From positions 8,199 to 72,198 of the forward strand of contig JAUSEE010000001.1 of NCBI GenBank assembly GCA_030650095.1: a DNA stretch of 64,000 nucleotides, in the 5' to 3' direction. This document shows positions 10,822 to 20,763 of the stretch, one piece after another (the stretch's first letter is position 1; each line of letters opens with the position of its first letter). The position numbers and the translations under genes were made by a program. The DNA is from Candidatus Buchananbacteria bacterium (GTDB taxonomy: Bacteria; Patescibacteriota; Patescibacteriia; 2-01-FULL-39-33). The notes beneath the pieces were generated by a model that saw nothing but the letters and a program-made list of their open reading frames with translations, was not told the DNA's origin and made no database searches.

Positions 10822-11604
10822 TTAAAACCAGCTTAAATACCAATTAATTATGCCCTGTCCCCAGAATAGAGCGATGATTGTTCCAATAGCCAAAAAAGTG
10901 CCGAAAGGAATCTGGGATTTTAATTTCTTTTTTCCGCCTATAACAAAGAGAATGGAAATCACAGCCCCGATGATATAAGAAAAAAACAAAGCGACAATAA
11001 CAGCTTTAGCTCCCAGCATCAAACCCATCAAAGCGCCCAGACGCAGATCTCCTCCCCCAATCCAACTCCCTTTGGAAATAAAAAATTGCAAAGCGAAAAA
11101 ACCAAAACCGATAATTGCGCCTGTGAACAGATTAAAGAAAGAAAAACCGATGATCAGATTTAAAATCAAAGCCACAGCCATGGCCGAAAAGGTTATCCGG
11201 TCTAAAATAAGATACCACCTTAGATCATAAACAAAAATAACCACCAAAAAACTGATAAAAATAAGATTCCTAAGCCAAATCAAAAAAACCGATGAATTGT
11301 AAAAAAGATTATCAAAACTAAGCGGGCCGATAATATTATAGGTGGCTAAAACAAATAATAAGCCGGTGGTCAGTTCCACCAGCGGATACTGCCAAGATAT
11401 TTTTTTATGGCAATAGCGGCACTTCCCCGCCTGGATTATAAAGATAAAAATAGGGATGAGATCAATGGGTTCAAGAACATGGTGGCAGTGGGGGCAACTG
11501 GATCGTGATTTTACAATATTACCGCCCTCATGGATTCTAATGATAACCACATTTAAAAAACTGCCGATAACTGCCCCGAAAATAAATATTAATAGATAAA
11601 GCAT
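10822..11604 (-). CDS. pilD: Prepilin peptidase (A24 family)
   Basis: N-terminal CPHC...CRYC zinc-binding tetrad and a polytopic membrane body. Confidence 0.85.
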   Translation of the reverse strand: MLYLLIFIFGAVIGSFLNVVIIRIHEGGNIVKSRSSCPHCHHVLEPIDLIPIFIFIIQAGKCRYCHKKISWQYPLVELTTGLLFVLATYNIIGPLSFDNLFYNSSVFLIWLRNLIFISFLVVIFVYDLRWYLILDRITFSAMAVALILNLIIGFSFFNLFTGAIIGFGFFALQFFISKGSWIGGGDLRLGALMGLMLGAKAVIVALFFSYIIGAVISILFVIGGKKKLKSQIPFGTFLAIGTIIALFWGQGIINWYLSWF

Positions 11605-11621
11605 TGGATATAATTCTAAAT

Positions 11622-12029
11622 TTACCTGCCCAAACCTTCTTTAGTCAAAGCATACTTACCACTGGGCAGGCCCAGTAAACTGCCCTCCAAATAAAATTCC
11701 ACTCTAAAATTATCATCAGCCATTTGCGCCACCACATACCTTAAGTTGTCTAAATTAACAGGATCAATTATGTTAGCCGTATTTAAAGTTTTATCGCCCT
11801 GGCCGGCGCAAAAGTTTATCAGAGAGCCTTCACTGCATTCCGGTATCTTATAAGTATTGAATTTAAAAAAGTAAATGTTCATTTCCGATTCCAAAACTCT
11901 CATATCGCCCAACCTCTCATAATCTCGGCTTCTGGTGGAATTATAAAAAAACCACCATAGTAACAATATTATGGCAAAAATTAATAAAATGAAGTAAATA
12001 ATGGTTTTAAGACGTACTTTAAAAGGCAT
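11622..12029 (-). CDS. Hypothetical membrane-anchored protein in the pilus locus
   Basis: N-terminal transmembrane helix; no recognisable family. Confidence 0.4.
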   Translation of the reverse strand: MPFKVRLKTIIYFILLIFAIILLLWWFFYNSTRSRDYERLGDMRVLESEMNIYFFKFNTYKIPECSEGSLINFCAGQGDKTLNTANIIDPVNLDNLRYVVAQMADDNFRVEFYLEGSLLGLPSGKYALTKEGLGR

Positions 12030-12258
12030 AATAATAAATCACAAATTAAAAATCATAAATAACAAATGAATTACAATAACCAAAATTACAAAAATATTTT
12101 TTAAATTTTGAATGTTTTAGGCTCTTTTTACCTGCCATAAATACTATTTGGACCTGCCCGCCATTGCCTAAAGACATGGCCGATGGCAGGCGGGGCTTGA
12201 TATTTTTAATTTGATATTTATACTATTATACCATAAAACATGGTCATAACAAAAATCC

Positions 12259-12285
12259 CCCAAAAATTGGGGGATTTTATATCAA
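12259..12285 (-). terminator. Rho-independent terminator of pilA
   Basis: aaatccccc-aaaaatt-gggggattt hairpin followed by a T-run in the minus sense, immediately after the pilA stop. Confidence 0.7.
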
Positions 12286-12298
12286 AACCGGATAAAAA

Positions 12299-12697
12299 CT
12301 AGGGGCAAACCGGAGAAGCAGCCGTTGGATCGGTAGCACTTTCTACGGCTTGACCGGTAGAGTCAACGCAGAAATTACCGGTGGCCGAACACAAATCAGC
12401 ATAAGCAGCCCAAGCTGTGTCGCCAGTTCCGCCTACAACCACCTGATAAGCGGTTTCGTCGCTACAAGCTGGTGGAACAATAGCAGGAGTAACATCACCA
12501 ACATCAAAACCGGTGTAAACACCTGTTTCAAAAGTCACAGCGGCGAAAGTTCTAAGTTGGGATAAATCGCTCTTGATTTGAGCATCGTTAGCCTTATTTC
12601 TGGCCGTATTTAAAGAAACAACAGCCAAAGAAGAAAGCAAGCCGATGATAGCAATAACCACCAACAATTCAATTAAAGTAAAACCTTTTTTATTCAT
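12299..12697 (-). CDS. pilA: Major type IV pilin. The start is taken at the internal Met (MNKKG|FTLIELLVV), because the track's upstream 24-aa extension is unlikely.
   Basis: Canonical prepilin leader and G|FTLIELLVVIAIIG; Cys-rich C-terminal domain; dedicated terminator. Confidence 0.8.
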   Translation of the reverse strand: MNKKGFTLIELLVVIAIIGLLSSLAVVSLNTARNKANDAQIKSDLSQLRTFAAVTFETGVYTGFDVGDVTPAIVPPACSDETAYQVVVGGTGDTAWAAYADLCSATGNFCVDSTGQAVESATDPTAASPVCP

Positions 12698-12727
12698 AAA
12701 ATAAATTATTAATTTTCTTGATTTTTG

Positions 12728-12741
12728 TCCACTCGAGTGGA
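12728..12741. promoter_or_regulatory. 14-bp perfect palindrome tccactcgagtgga, 31-44 bp upstream of the pilA start. Candidate operator.
   Basis: Exact dyad symmetry read from the sequence. It sits in the promoter window of a gene that also has its own terminator. Confidence 0.35.
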
Positions 12742-12860
12742 TGAAAACCTGAATTGGATACTTATCCAATCAAGCATTCTTAGACTTTTCTCGACCTTTT
12801 ATTTTTTAATAATATCCACAGTCTGATTACATTATACCACAAAAAACATAATTGTCTTAA

Positions 12861-14072
12861 TTAAAATACAGCTGACAATTGCCACATGGGCAGTATGACA
12901 GCCGCCACAAACCCGCCCACTACTATGCCCAGGATTATCATAATGAGCGGTTCTATCAGTACCGACAAATTAGCCACCGAATTATCAATTTCCCGGCTGT
13001 AAAATTCCGTAATTTTATCCAAAATATCTTCCAATTTGCCGGTTTCTTCACCCACGTTTATCATCTGCGAAACCAAAGCCGGCATATATTTATTAGCTAA
13101 AATACTTTCCGAGAGCGAACCGCCTTCGTCAACATCTTTAATCGTCTGATCAATCATCTCTTCATAGATAACATTGCCCACAACACGCTTAACCACCTTC
13201 AAAGCTCGGGAAACCGGCACGCCGCCCTTGAGCAGAGTATTTAAACTCCTGGTCATGCGCACTACATAAATATTGACGGCAATCGTGCCAAAGCCTGGCA
13301 CTTTTATTTTAAATAGATCAAAGATTCTTCTGCCTTTTATTGTTCTTCTGGTAAAAAAGAAAAAGCCGTTGACAATTGCTACCACTAATATGACAACTAA
13401 GAACCAATAATATTTAAGGAAATCGGCTAGGCCGATTAAAATCCTGGTAACTAGTGGCAGACGCGCTCCCGAATCCTTTAAAACCTGAGTCATTTGCGGA
13501 ACAACAAAAATCATAATAATCAAACCGACAATAAACAAACCGGCCAAGATAATAGCTGGGTAAATCATGGCGCCTCTTACTTTTGATTGCAAATCATAAT
13601 CCTTCCCTTGCTGATCGGCTAAATAAATCATCACCTCGCTCAAGCGCCCGGAACTCTCGCCGGAAGCTATAATATTAGTGTAAAAATCGCTAAAAACATG
13701 GGGATAAGTCGCCATGGCTTGGGATAATTTAGCGCCGCCATCCACCTCATCGGCGATGCCGGCTATGATGGATTTAAAATATTTGTTATCAGACTGTTTA
13801 ACTAATATCCCCAAAGCTTTGACAATGGGCAGATTAGCGTCCACCATCACCGACAACTGCCGGAAAAATATGACTTTTTCCTTAACTTTAACTTTATTTA
13901 AAAAACCAAGAATTTTATTCTCAAAATATTTATAATTTTGTTTTTTAATTTCCAAAACTGACAGTCCCTTTTCCAACAGCAAAATAACCACCACATCTTC
14001 CGATATGGCGTCAACCACGCCCTCAATCAGCTGATTTTTTTCATTTTTAGCTTTGTAGGAAAATAATGACAT
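12861..14072 (-). CDS. pilC: Type IV pilus inner-membrane platform protein (GspF/PilC family)
   Basis: 403 aa, two GspF repeats, three transmembrane segments. Confidence 0.85.
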   Translation of the reverse strand: MSLFSYKAKNEKNQLIEGVVDAISEDVVVILLLEKGLSVLEIKKQNYKYFENKILGFLNKVKVKEKVIFFRQLSVMVDANLPIVKALGILVKQSDNKYFKSIIAGIADEVDGGAKLSQAMATYPHVFSDFYTNIIASGESSGRLSEVMIYLADQQGKDYDLQSKVRGAMIYPAIILAGLFIVGLIIMIFVVPQMTQVLKDSGARLPLVTRILIGLADFLKYYWFLVVILVVAIVNGFFFFTRRTIKGRRIFDLFKIKVPGFGTIAVNIYVVRMTRSLNTLLKGGVPVSRALKVVKRVVGNVIYEEMIDQTIKDVDEGGSLSESILANKYMPALVSQMINVGEETGKLEDILDKITEFYSREIDNSVANLSVLIEPLIMIILGIVVGGFVAAVILPMWQLSAVF

Positions 14073-14082
14073 TGATTTTAAT

Positions 14083-15150
14083 TTATCTTAAAGATGATTC
14101 TAAGATCTTCTTATCGGTGGCGTTATCCAGGGCAACTTCCCTGGAAACTTCCATGGATTTTACTAATTTTGCTAGAACATAATTAAAAGATACCATGCCT
14201 TCATTTCTGGAAGTCTGAATTATATTTTCTAGGCCGGCTACATTGCCACTTAAAATAATGGATTTAATAGCTTCATTGATTATTAAAATTTCCTGGATAA
14301 TGGTTACACCGCCTCCTATTTTAGGAATGACTTTCTGGCAGATTATGGCTTCCAAGGAAGTAGCCAGTAAATCCCTCACCCTTTCCTGGTCATAGGCTGG
14401 AAACATATCCAAAATACGAGCAATCGTATTGGAGGCCGAATCGGCGCTGACCGAGCTAAAAACAAGCGAGCTCCTGGCTATTTCCAGAGCAGGCGGAATT
14501 ACTTCCGGTTTATTCATCTCCTCCAAGAAAAGGACATCGCCGTTTTCTTCTTCAAAATATTTCAAAGCCTCCACAAAAGAATTGGTGTCAAGGCCCACTT
14601 CCCTTTGTTCAATAATGCTCTGATTATTGGTAAAAACATATTCTATCGGATCTTCAATGGTTATAATATACTCTTTACGAGACCTATTTATCTCTTCAAT
14701 CAAAGCGGCAATGGTGGTAGACCGGCCGGCGCCAAAGGGACCGGAAACTATGATAAGACCGCTTTTCCTTTTAACTAAATCAGACAAGATGGGGTTTAAT
14801 TTTAATGATTCCAGCGTTGGGACTTGGAGGGGTATATACCTTAAAGACACCGACAAAAAGCCACGCTGATAAAAAATATTTATTTTAAATCTTAAGTTAC
14901 TATCAAAATTATAAGCCAAGACAATTTCTTTATTGTCTGATAACTTCTTTTTATTCTTGCCGTCAAGCAGAAAATCCACTACGGCTTGCATAAAATCCTG
15001 GGTGATAACCGCCTGATCATCCAAAGAAACCAATTCGTCATCTATCCTTAAAACTGGATTATTGCCAACCGAAAAATGGAGATCGGAGGCCCCCCTTTTG
15101 ACAGCATCGGTTAAAATATTTTTAATGATTAGTTCTTGACTTACTGACAT
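14083..15150 (-). CDS. pilT: PilT-like hexameric ATPase (retraction-type), with an atypical Walker A
   Basis: PilT-size (355 aa) with a PilT-like N-domain. Walker A reads GPFGAGRST (Arg where the Lys is expected). Asp box reads DVLFLEEM. Confidence 0.7.
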   Translation of the reverse strand: MSVSQELIIKNILTDAVKRGASDLHFSVGNNPVLRIDDELVSLDDQAVITQDFMQAVVDFLLDGKNKKKLSDNKEIVLAYNFDSNLRFKINIFYQRGFLSVSLRYIPLQVPTLESLKLNPILSDLVKRKSGLIIVSGPFGAGRSTTIAALIEEINRSRKEYIITIEDPIEYVFTNNQSIIEQREVGLDTNSFVEALKYFEEENGDVLFLEEMNKPEVIPPALEIARSSLVFSSVSADSASNTIARILDMFPAYDQERVRDLLATSLEAIICQKVIPKIGGGVTIIQEILIINEAIKSIILSGNVAGLENIIQTSRNEGMVSFNYVLAKLVKSMEVSREVALDNATDKKILESSLR

Positions 15151-15178
15151 AAGTTTACATCCTAGTAGATTAACTGGT

Positions 15179-15565
15179 TCATTTGATTTTTACCAAATCC
15201 TTTATTTTCGCCACTACTTCGGAGGGCATAAAATGAGCCTTGATTAAATAATCATTGGCTCCCAAACTCAAGCCCCTTTCCACATCGGCTTTCTGGCTTA
15301 AATTGGTTAAAAGGATAATGGGAATATCCTTTAACTTATGATCTTTTTTAATATTTTCCAAAACTACAAAACCATTTATTTTGGGCAAAATCAAATCCAA
15401 AAGAACTACAGCCGGTTTCTTTTTAGAAACCAATTCCAAACCTTTCTCGCCATCATAAGCCACATAAACATCAAAGCCTTCCAACTCAAATTTGGTTTTA
15501 TAAAGATCGGCCAAAAAAACATCGTCTTCTATAATTAAAATAGGAATGTGATTCTTTTTAAACAT
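15179..15565 (-). CDS. Stand-alone response-regulator receiver domain (CheY/PilH-like)
   Basis: IEDD...DGEKGLEL...LLDLILPKINGF receiver motifs; 128 aa; no output domain. Confidence 0.8.
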   Translation of the reverse strand: MFKKNHIPILIIEDDVFLADLYKTKFELEGFDVYVAYDGEKGLELVSKKKPAVVLLDLILPKINGFVVLENIKKDHKLKDIPIILLTNLSQKADVERGLSLGANDYLIKAHFMPSEVVAKIKDLVKIK

Positions 15566-15592
15566 AATATCTATAATAAATTATTAATCTAA

Positions 15593-17338
15593 CTAGCTTT
15601 GGGAAGCTCTGATAATTTCTTCCACCGTGGTGATGCCTTTCAGGCATTTGATGATTCCATCCTGCATTAGAGTTACAAAGCCCTGTTTCTTCATCAAGGC
15701 CCTGACATCATCCATGACAAAATCCCTGGCTATCAAATCCCGGAATTCGCTGCTGATTTCTAGAATCTCGGCCACAACCGTTCGGCTCACATAGCCGGTA
15801 TTGCCGCATTCAACACAGCCGGCGCCTTTATAAAAATCATACTGGCCGCGGAATTCTTTCAAATATTGTTCGGGCATATCTTCTATTTCTTTCATAACTA
15901 TTTTTTCGGCTGTCGACGGCAATTTCATCTTTTGCTTGCAACTCGGGCAAATTTTTCTCACTAGGCGCTGGGCCATTAAAATATTTAAAGTGGAAGCCAA
16001 AAGAAACGGCTCTCCTTTCATATCAATCAAGCGCGGAATGGCTCCCCAAGCGCTGTTAGTGTGAAGGGTGGAGAAAACCAAATGGCCGGTTAGGCCGGCA
16101 TGAACAACCAGCTCGGCGGTTTCATTGTCTCTTATTTCTCCCACCATGATAACATTGGGATCTTGGCGCAAAATAGCTCTAAGGCCCGAAGCGAAATTAA
16201 AGCCTATTTCCGGACTAATCTGCGATTGGTTAATGCCTTCGATATAATATTCAATCGGATCTTCCAGGGTGGTGATATTTATGCCTTCGCCGTTTAGCAT
16301 ATTTAAAACAGAATAAAGAGCAGTTGTTTTACCGCTGCCGGTCGGGCCGGTTAACAAAAATATGCCGTGGGGCTTGGTGATATTATTGTCTATAATTTTA
16401 ATATGATATTCGCTAAAGCCTAATTCGGTAAGATTAGGTATGCCGGCTGAAGTGTCCAAAACCCTCATCACCACCTTTTCGGCATTTAACATGGGGAAAA
16501 CAGAAACCCTCAAATCGATTTCATCGCCGTTTAATTTCATTCTAATACGTCCGTCTTGTGGTTTCCTGGTTTCATCTAATTTTAAATTTGCCAAAACTTT
16601 TATCCTGGAAACAACGGCATTATAAAGATAGCCGGGCAAAGTGATAGTGGTGTGTAAAACGCCGTCAACCCGATACCTCACGCGCCCATCGCGATGTTTT
16701 GGTTCGATATGAATATCAGACGCCCCGCCCTCAACGGCGTGCCGGATTATAACCGAAACTATCTTGGCTACCGGCGCTGATTTTATAACATCAACACTGT
16801 CACCGGTTTCTTCCAAGTTTATATTTTCAGCCTGCTCGCCTTCGGTGAACTTTTCTCGGGCTGATTCCAGCGCTGTGCCGATTTCTTTTTTAAATCCGCT
16901 ATATTGCCTAACAATACTTTGATAATCAGACAAAGAGATGGAGAAATATTGAGGTGTAAGGCCTTGCTGGCCAGCCAAAAATTCAATAGCCTCTTGCGCT
17001 TTAAAATCTTGCGGATTAACCAACCCAACCTTAATAATTTCATCTTGCTTGTCAAAAATAACCATTTCATAGTTTTTAGCCACTTTTTGAGGCAATAGAT
17101 TTAATATTTCCGGTTCCACCTTGGCATCCGATAAACTAATCGACTCCATATTAAAAGCTTGCCCCTTAATTTTCGCGAAATCATCAGGAGAAAATATATT
17201 TTTAGATACAAAAACTTCTTCCGCTGATTTAGCGGAAACTTCCATTTCTTGTTCTACAGCCAAAAGCTGTTCTGATGTTATCAGGCTTTTTTGCAGCAGA
17301 AAATCTTTTATCTGTTCTAATTTTCTTTTATTATCCAT
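15593..17338 (-). CDS. pilB: Type IV pilus assembly ATPase (GspE family)
   Basis: GspE_N domain, Walker A GPTGSGKTT, tetracysteine CPSC...CVEC. Confidence 0.9.
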   Translation of the reverse strand: MDNKRKLEQIKDFLLQKSLITSEQLLAVEQEMEVSAKSAEEVFVSKNIFSPDDFAKIKGQAFNMESISLSDAKVEPEILNLLPQKVAKNYEMVIFDKQDEIIKVGLVNPQDFKAQEAIEFLAGQQGLTPQYFSISLSDYQSIVRQYSGFKKEIGTALESAREKFTEGEQAENINLEETGDSVDVIKSAPVAKIVSVIIRHAVEGGASDIHIEPKHRDGRVRYRVDGVLHTTITLPGYLYNAVVSRIKVLANLKLDETRKPQDGRIRMKLNGDEIDLRVSVFPMLNAEKVVMRVLDTSAGIPNLTELGFSEYHIKIIDNNITKPHGIFLLTGPTGSGKTTALYSVLNMLNGEGINITTLEDPIEYYIEGINQSQISPEIGFNFASGLRAILRQDPNVIMVGEIRDNETAELVVHAGLTGHLVFSTLHTNSAWGAIPRLIDMKGEPFLLASTLNILMAQRLVRKICPSCKQKMKLPSTAEKIVMKEIEDMPEQYLKEFRGQYDFYKGAGCVECGNTGYVSRTVVAEILEISSEFRDLIARDFVMDDVRALMKKQGFVTLMQDGIIKCLKGITTVEEIIRASQS

Positions 17339-17341
17339 GGT

Positions 17342-17629
17342 TTATGGTGTTTTCGGCTTAAACGGATCACCTCGATTCGGGTTGGCTTGGTCAATTGATA
17401 TCGGCCATTCGCCGTAATGCCTTAATTGGCTAAGTTCACTAATGATTTTTTGTTTTAACTCCTTATCAATAGTCGTTCTAAGCAAAGGAGTTGTCACAAT
17501 TTGATAATCATTGCCTAAAACCAATTTCTTGATATTGGGCCAAAATAGCCAGCCAATTATAAAAATAATTATTATTATCACAATAATGGCTAAGAAACTT
17601 TTAGATAATTTTTTATGGCTTAAAATCAT
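17342..17629 (-). CDS. Small pilus-assembly membrane protein, PilP-like. Start taken at the internal Met, which avoids an 83-nt overlap with pilO.
   Basis: Transmembrane helix, position directly after pilO, and a C-terminal GDPFKP motif reminiscent of the PilP R/NPF motif. Confidence 0.4.
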   Translation of the reverse strand: MILSHKKLSKSFLAIIVIIIIIFIIGWLFWPNIKKLVLGNDYQIVTTPLLRTTIDKELKQKIISELSQLRHYGEWPISIDQANPNRGDPFKPKTP

Positions 17630-17633
17630 AATT

Positions 17634-18257
17634 CTACTCACTGGGATAATAATAAGTTGATAATTCCAATTTATAACCGGCTTCTTCCGGCGTGAAACTG
17701 ATGGCTTTGACGTCAAAAATCATCAGACTTGATTCCAAAGCTTCTATGAATCTGCCAAAATTGCCATAATTATTTCCGCCCAAACCGCTGACTTTCATTT
17801 CCAAATCAACTCTTTTTATATGGCCGTCTTTTAAGCCGTTATCCGCCGCCTCACTCGCTTGGATATTTTCCACGATAAAACTATGCTCACTCGCCAATTG
17901 GGTTAATTGGATGATGACCGAAGATAAATCAAACTTTCCAGGCAAGGCCAAACTAAGCTGCCTTTCTTCCTCGGGAGTAAACTCAATTATTTTATTGGAA
18001 TACTGGCTTAAGAATTCGCTATCGGCTTTGAGTTTGGCCACTTCTTCTTGCAAGGCCGTAAAAGATTTATCTTGAGCTGATTTCATTTTCCATTTGGGCG
18101 CAACAATTAAATAATAGCCGACCAGCAAAATAATAATGACAACTAAAACAACAATAAGCTTGAAATATTTATTTAAAGCTTCGGCATATCTTTTACCCGA
18201 TTTGGATTGGTGGTTATTATTTTCCACCGCCTTGTTTATCTCTTTTATCTCGGCCAT
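17634..18257 (-). CDS. pilO: PilO-like inner-membrane pilus alignment protein
   Basis: Single transmembrane helix plus coiled coil, 207 aa, between pilN and the PilP-like gene. Confidence 0.6.
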   Translation of the reverse strand: MAEIKEINKAVENNNHQSKSGKRYAEALNKYFKLIVVLVVIIILLVGYYLIVAPKWKMKSAQDKSFTALQEEVAKLKADSEFLSQYSNKIIEFTPEEERQLSLALPGKFDLSSVIIQLTQLASEHSFIVENIQASEAADNGLKDGHIKRVDLEMKVSGLGGNNYGNFGRFIEALESSLMIFDVKAISFTPEEAGYKLELSTYYYPSE

Positions 18258-18293
18258 CTATGTTGGATTAATATTATGATGTTACTTTTGAAT

Positions 18294-19520
18294 TTATTTG
18301 GTAAAAACCCCGTCAGTTAAAGCCAGATTTATCTCGAATTTTACTCCCTTAACTCCGGCATTATCACCGCTGACAACCTCCAGATTATTGACTTTTATTT
18401 GGCTGACAAAATCATCAGCCTGCTCTAAAGCGGTTATTTGCCGAGCGGCTTTCCTATAGCTATCAGCTATTTGTTCTTCAACCGTATTGCCGCTGCCAAT
18501 GGAGGCCACGGCCGGCAACATGAATTCTCCGGATGTGTCGGCAGTAAATTCGGTATAATAAACATCATCCAGCGTGTATCTTTCCAGCAAGCTAAAGAAT
18601 TTGGTCCAATAAATATGCTTTTGAAGCAATTTATTTATAGCTAATAACTTGTCCTGCAACATGATATTTTTTTGCTGAATATCCTTAAAACCGTTAATAT
18701 ACGAAACTAATTCGCCCTTGTTTTTATTAAGCTGGGAAATTTTTTCTTGAGTGGACTTTTGTTGTAAATCAATGACCGTATAAGCTAAAGTGACTATCAA
18801 GGCCGGAATAACTACGGCTAATATTATGCCGATAATTTGTTGGCGGCCCTTGGGATATTTTCTAAATAAAAGCTCTTCGGGTATCAGGTTTATATCCAAT
18901 TTTGATTTTTCCATTTTAGGAGCGGTGTGATATTTACCCTTTATTTTTTCCGGCGCCTTGGGAGATTCAATTGTCTTTTTCGGCCAGGCTTTTTTATCTA
19001 TTTTCGCCGGCTTTGGAACCCTGGGCTGGGGAGAAAAAATATTTTTCCACTTGGCAAAAAATCCTCTCTTTTTAGGGGTATGGTTGTATTTAAAGTCTAC
19101 TTGCCTCTCCAGCGATTTTCTTATCGGTTCGCTGGGCATCTGTCTGGGCGCAATTTTTTCGGCACTAGGCTGTTTAACCGGTTGCGCTGGACCGGAGCTT
19201 AAAAAATTACCCTGGGGCCTGTATACAGATCGTCCCCTATTTTCTTGATATTTAATAGTCTGGTTTTTAACGGGTTCCGGCCAAGTATTTTTTTGTTCAA
19301 ACAGCGGAGTCTTGGCTAGAGAAGCTGGCTTTATTTTCCGGCCGAAAATTTCCGACCACATGGATCGGATCGGCTTAGATGGCTTTACCTGGGCAGTAGC
19401 ACTATCTTTTTTGCCGGCTGACAAATCAATGGTAAAAACTTTAGGCTTTTTAGCCGCTCTAAGCGCTTCTTTTTGTTCTCTGCTTCTCATTTCTTCCGGC
19501 AGAAGATTTATATTAGCCAT
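18294..19520 (-). CDS. pilN: PilN with a long Lys/Pro-rich insertion
   Basis: N-terminal MANINLLPEE PilM-binding motif; a second DINLIPEEL copy just before the transmembrane helix; C-terminal PilN domain. Confidence 0.7.
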   Translation of the reverse strand: MANINLLPEEMRSREQKEALRAAKKPKVFTIDLSAGKKDSATAQVKPSKPIRSMWSEIFGRKIKPASLAKTPLFEQKNTWPEPVKNQTIKYQENRGRSVYRPQGNFLSSGPAQPVKQPSAEKIAPRQMPSEPIRKSLERQVDFKYNHTPKKRGFFAKWKNIFSPQPRVPKPAKIDKKAWPKKTIESPKAPEKIKGKYHTAPKMEKSKLDINLIPEELLFRKYPKGRQQIIGIILAVVIPALIVTLAYTVIDLQQKSTQEKISQLNKNKGELVSYINGFKDIQQKNIMLQDKLLAINKLLQKHIYWTKFFSLLERYTLDDVYYTEFTADTSGEFMLPAVASIGSGNTVEEQIADSYRKAARQITALEQADDFVSQIKVNNLEVVSGDNAGVKGVKFEINLALTDGVFTK

Positions 19521-19620
19521 GTTTTTTACTTAGCTTTTTAGTTGATCAGCTAGTTAGGATTTAGTCGTATTTATTTTATAAACATCGCCTAACAAGCCTT
19601 GAAACTATGATCTAATTAGA

Positions 19621-20739
19621 TTACTCTATATCCCTCATGGACAAGCCCACGGCTATGGCGAACTTAGCGCCCAACCGGTCTAAAATCGGTTTTAATTCGG
19701 TAGGAAAAATAATTCTAGCCCAAGGATCGCCAATATAAGTATTAATATTCAACACTTTAGAAATATAACCTGGCAAATTGCCCAAAAGAGACGAACCGCC
19801 GGTTAAAATTATTTTTTCCACTTTTTTCTTGTTTTGCTCTTGATAAGAATTGAGGGTGTATTTAATTTCGTTTAAAATAGGAGAAAAGGCTTTTTCCACG
19901 GTTTGAGGCAAAGAGTTATCGGCTGTTTCGGAACCCAAGGATAAATCCTGCTTAAATTGCTCGGCTCGGTCAAAATTAACATTCAAACTGTTGGAAATAG
20001 CTCGAGTCATAACCGTTCCGCCCATTTCCAAACTGCGACTTAAAACCGGTATGCCTTTCTCCACCATCGCTATGCTGGAAGTGCTGGCGCCGAAATCAAC
20101 CAGCATAATAGTTGATTTGTCATTGCCCACCAGCGATCTGATTAAGGCAAAATTTTCCGTTTCCAAGCTTAAAAGAGTCAAACCGGCCACATTGAATATA
20201 TCAACATATTTTCTCACCAGGCTCTTGCTGGCCCCCGTGAGCAGAATCCTTAAATTTTTTTGCGGCTTGGAAAAGATCTTGCTCATGGGTTTATTAGCTT
20301 GGTTTTCACCATAGCTTTGACTAAAATCTGATATTTTAGAGCCGTCGCTTTCCTCTATTTCTTCTATTATTTTCCAATCCAATATTATATCTTCCAGCGG
20401 CATGGGAATTATCTTTTTCGCTTCCCAGCTGATAGCCGAAGCTAGTTCTTTTTTAGGCAGATTGGGCAGATTTAATATTGAAGTAAAAACAGAAAAATTG
20501 GGCAAAGCCGCAATAACTTTTTTGGAAGATGTTTTGGCTTTAGCGCATATTTCATTGATAATAGCCGCCGTGCCAGCTGTATCGTCAACCAAATTTCTTA
20601 TTTCAGCCGGCTTTTTTTCTATAAACCCATAAGTCACCAATCTGGGCCGGCCCTTGAAATTAGAAAGTTCAATCACCTTGATAGATGATGTTCCTATATC
20701 AATTCCTAAATAACTTGATTTTGAAGAAAAAATACCCAT
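19621..20739 (-). CDS. pilM: PilM actin-like ATPase
   Basis: LGIDIGTSSIKVIEL phosphate-1 motif and actin fold length. Confidence 0.85.
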   Translation of the reverse strand: MGIFSSKSSYLGIDIGTSSIKVIELSNFKGRPRLVTYGFIEKKPAEIRNLVDDTAGTAAIINEICAKAKTSSKKVIAALPNFSVFTSILNLPNLPKKELASAISWEAKKIIPMPLEDIILDWKIIEEIEESDGSKISDFSQSYGENQANKPMSKIFSKPQKNLRILLTGASKSLVRKYVDIFNVAGLTLLSLETENFALIRSLVGNDKSTIMLVDFGASTSSIAMVEKGIPVLSRSLEMGGTVMTRAISNSLNVNFDRAEQFKQDLSLGSETADNSLPQTVEKAFSPILNEIKYTLNSYQEQNKKKVEKIILTGGSSLLGNLPGYISKVLNINTYIGDPWARIIFPTELKPILDRLGAKFAIAVGLSMRDIE

Positions 20740-20763
20740 AAACTATTACGCTTTTATTTAAAA

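Noticed and set aside
12698-12769. Upstream 24-aa extension of pilA (MDKYPIQVFIHSSGQKSRKLIIYF)
   Set aside because: It would make an atypically long prepilin leader and would run across the palindromic promoter element. The internal Met gives the canonical MNKKG|F leader.
17634-17716. 83-nt overlap between the PilP-like ORF and pilO as drawn in the track
   Set aside because: It is resolved by using the internal Met at 17629, which leaves a 4-nt gap. The longer N-terminus is probably not translated.
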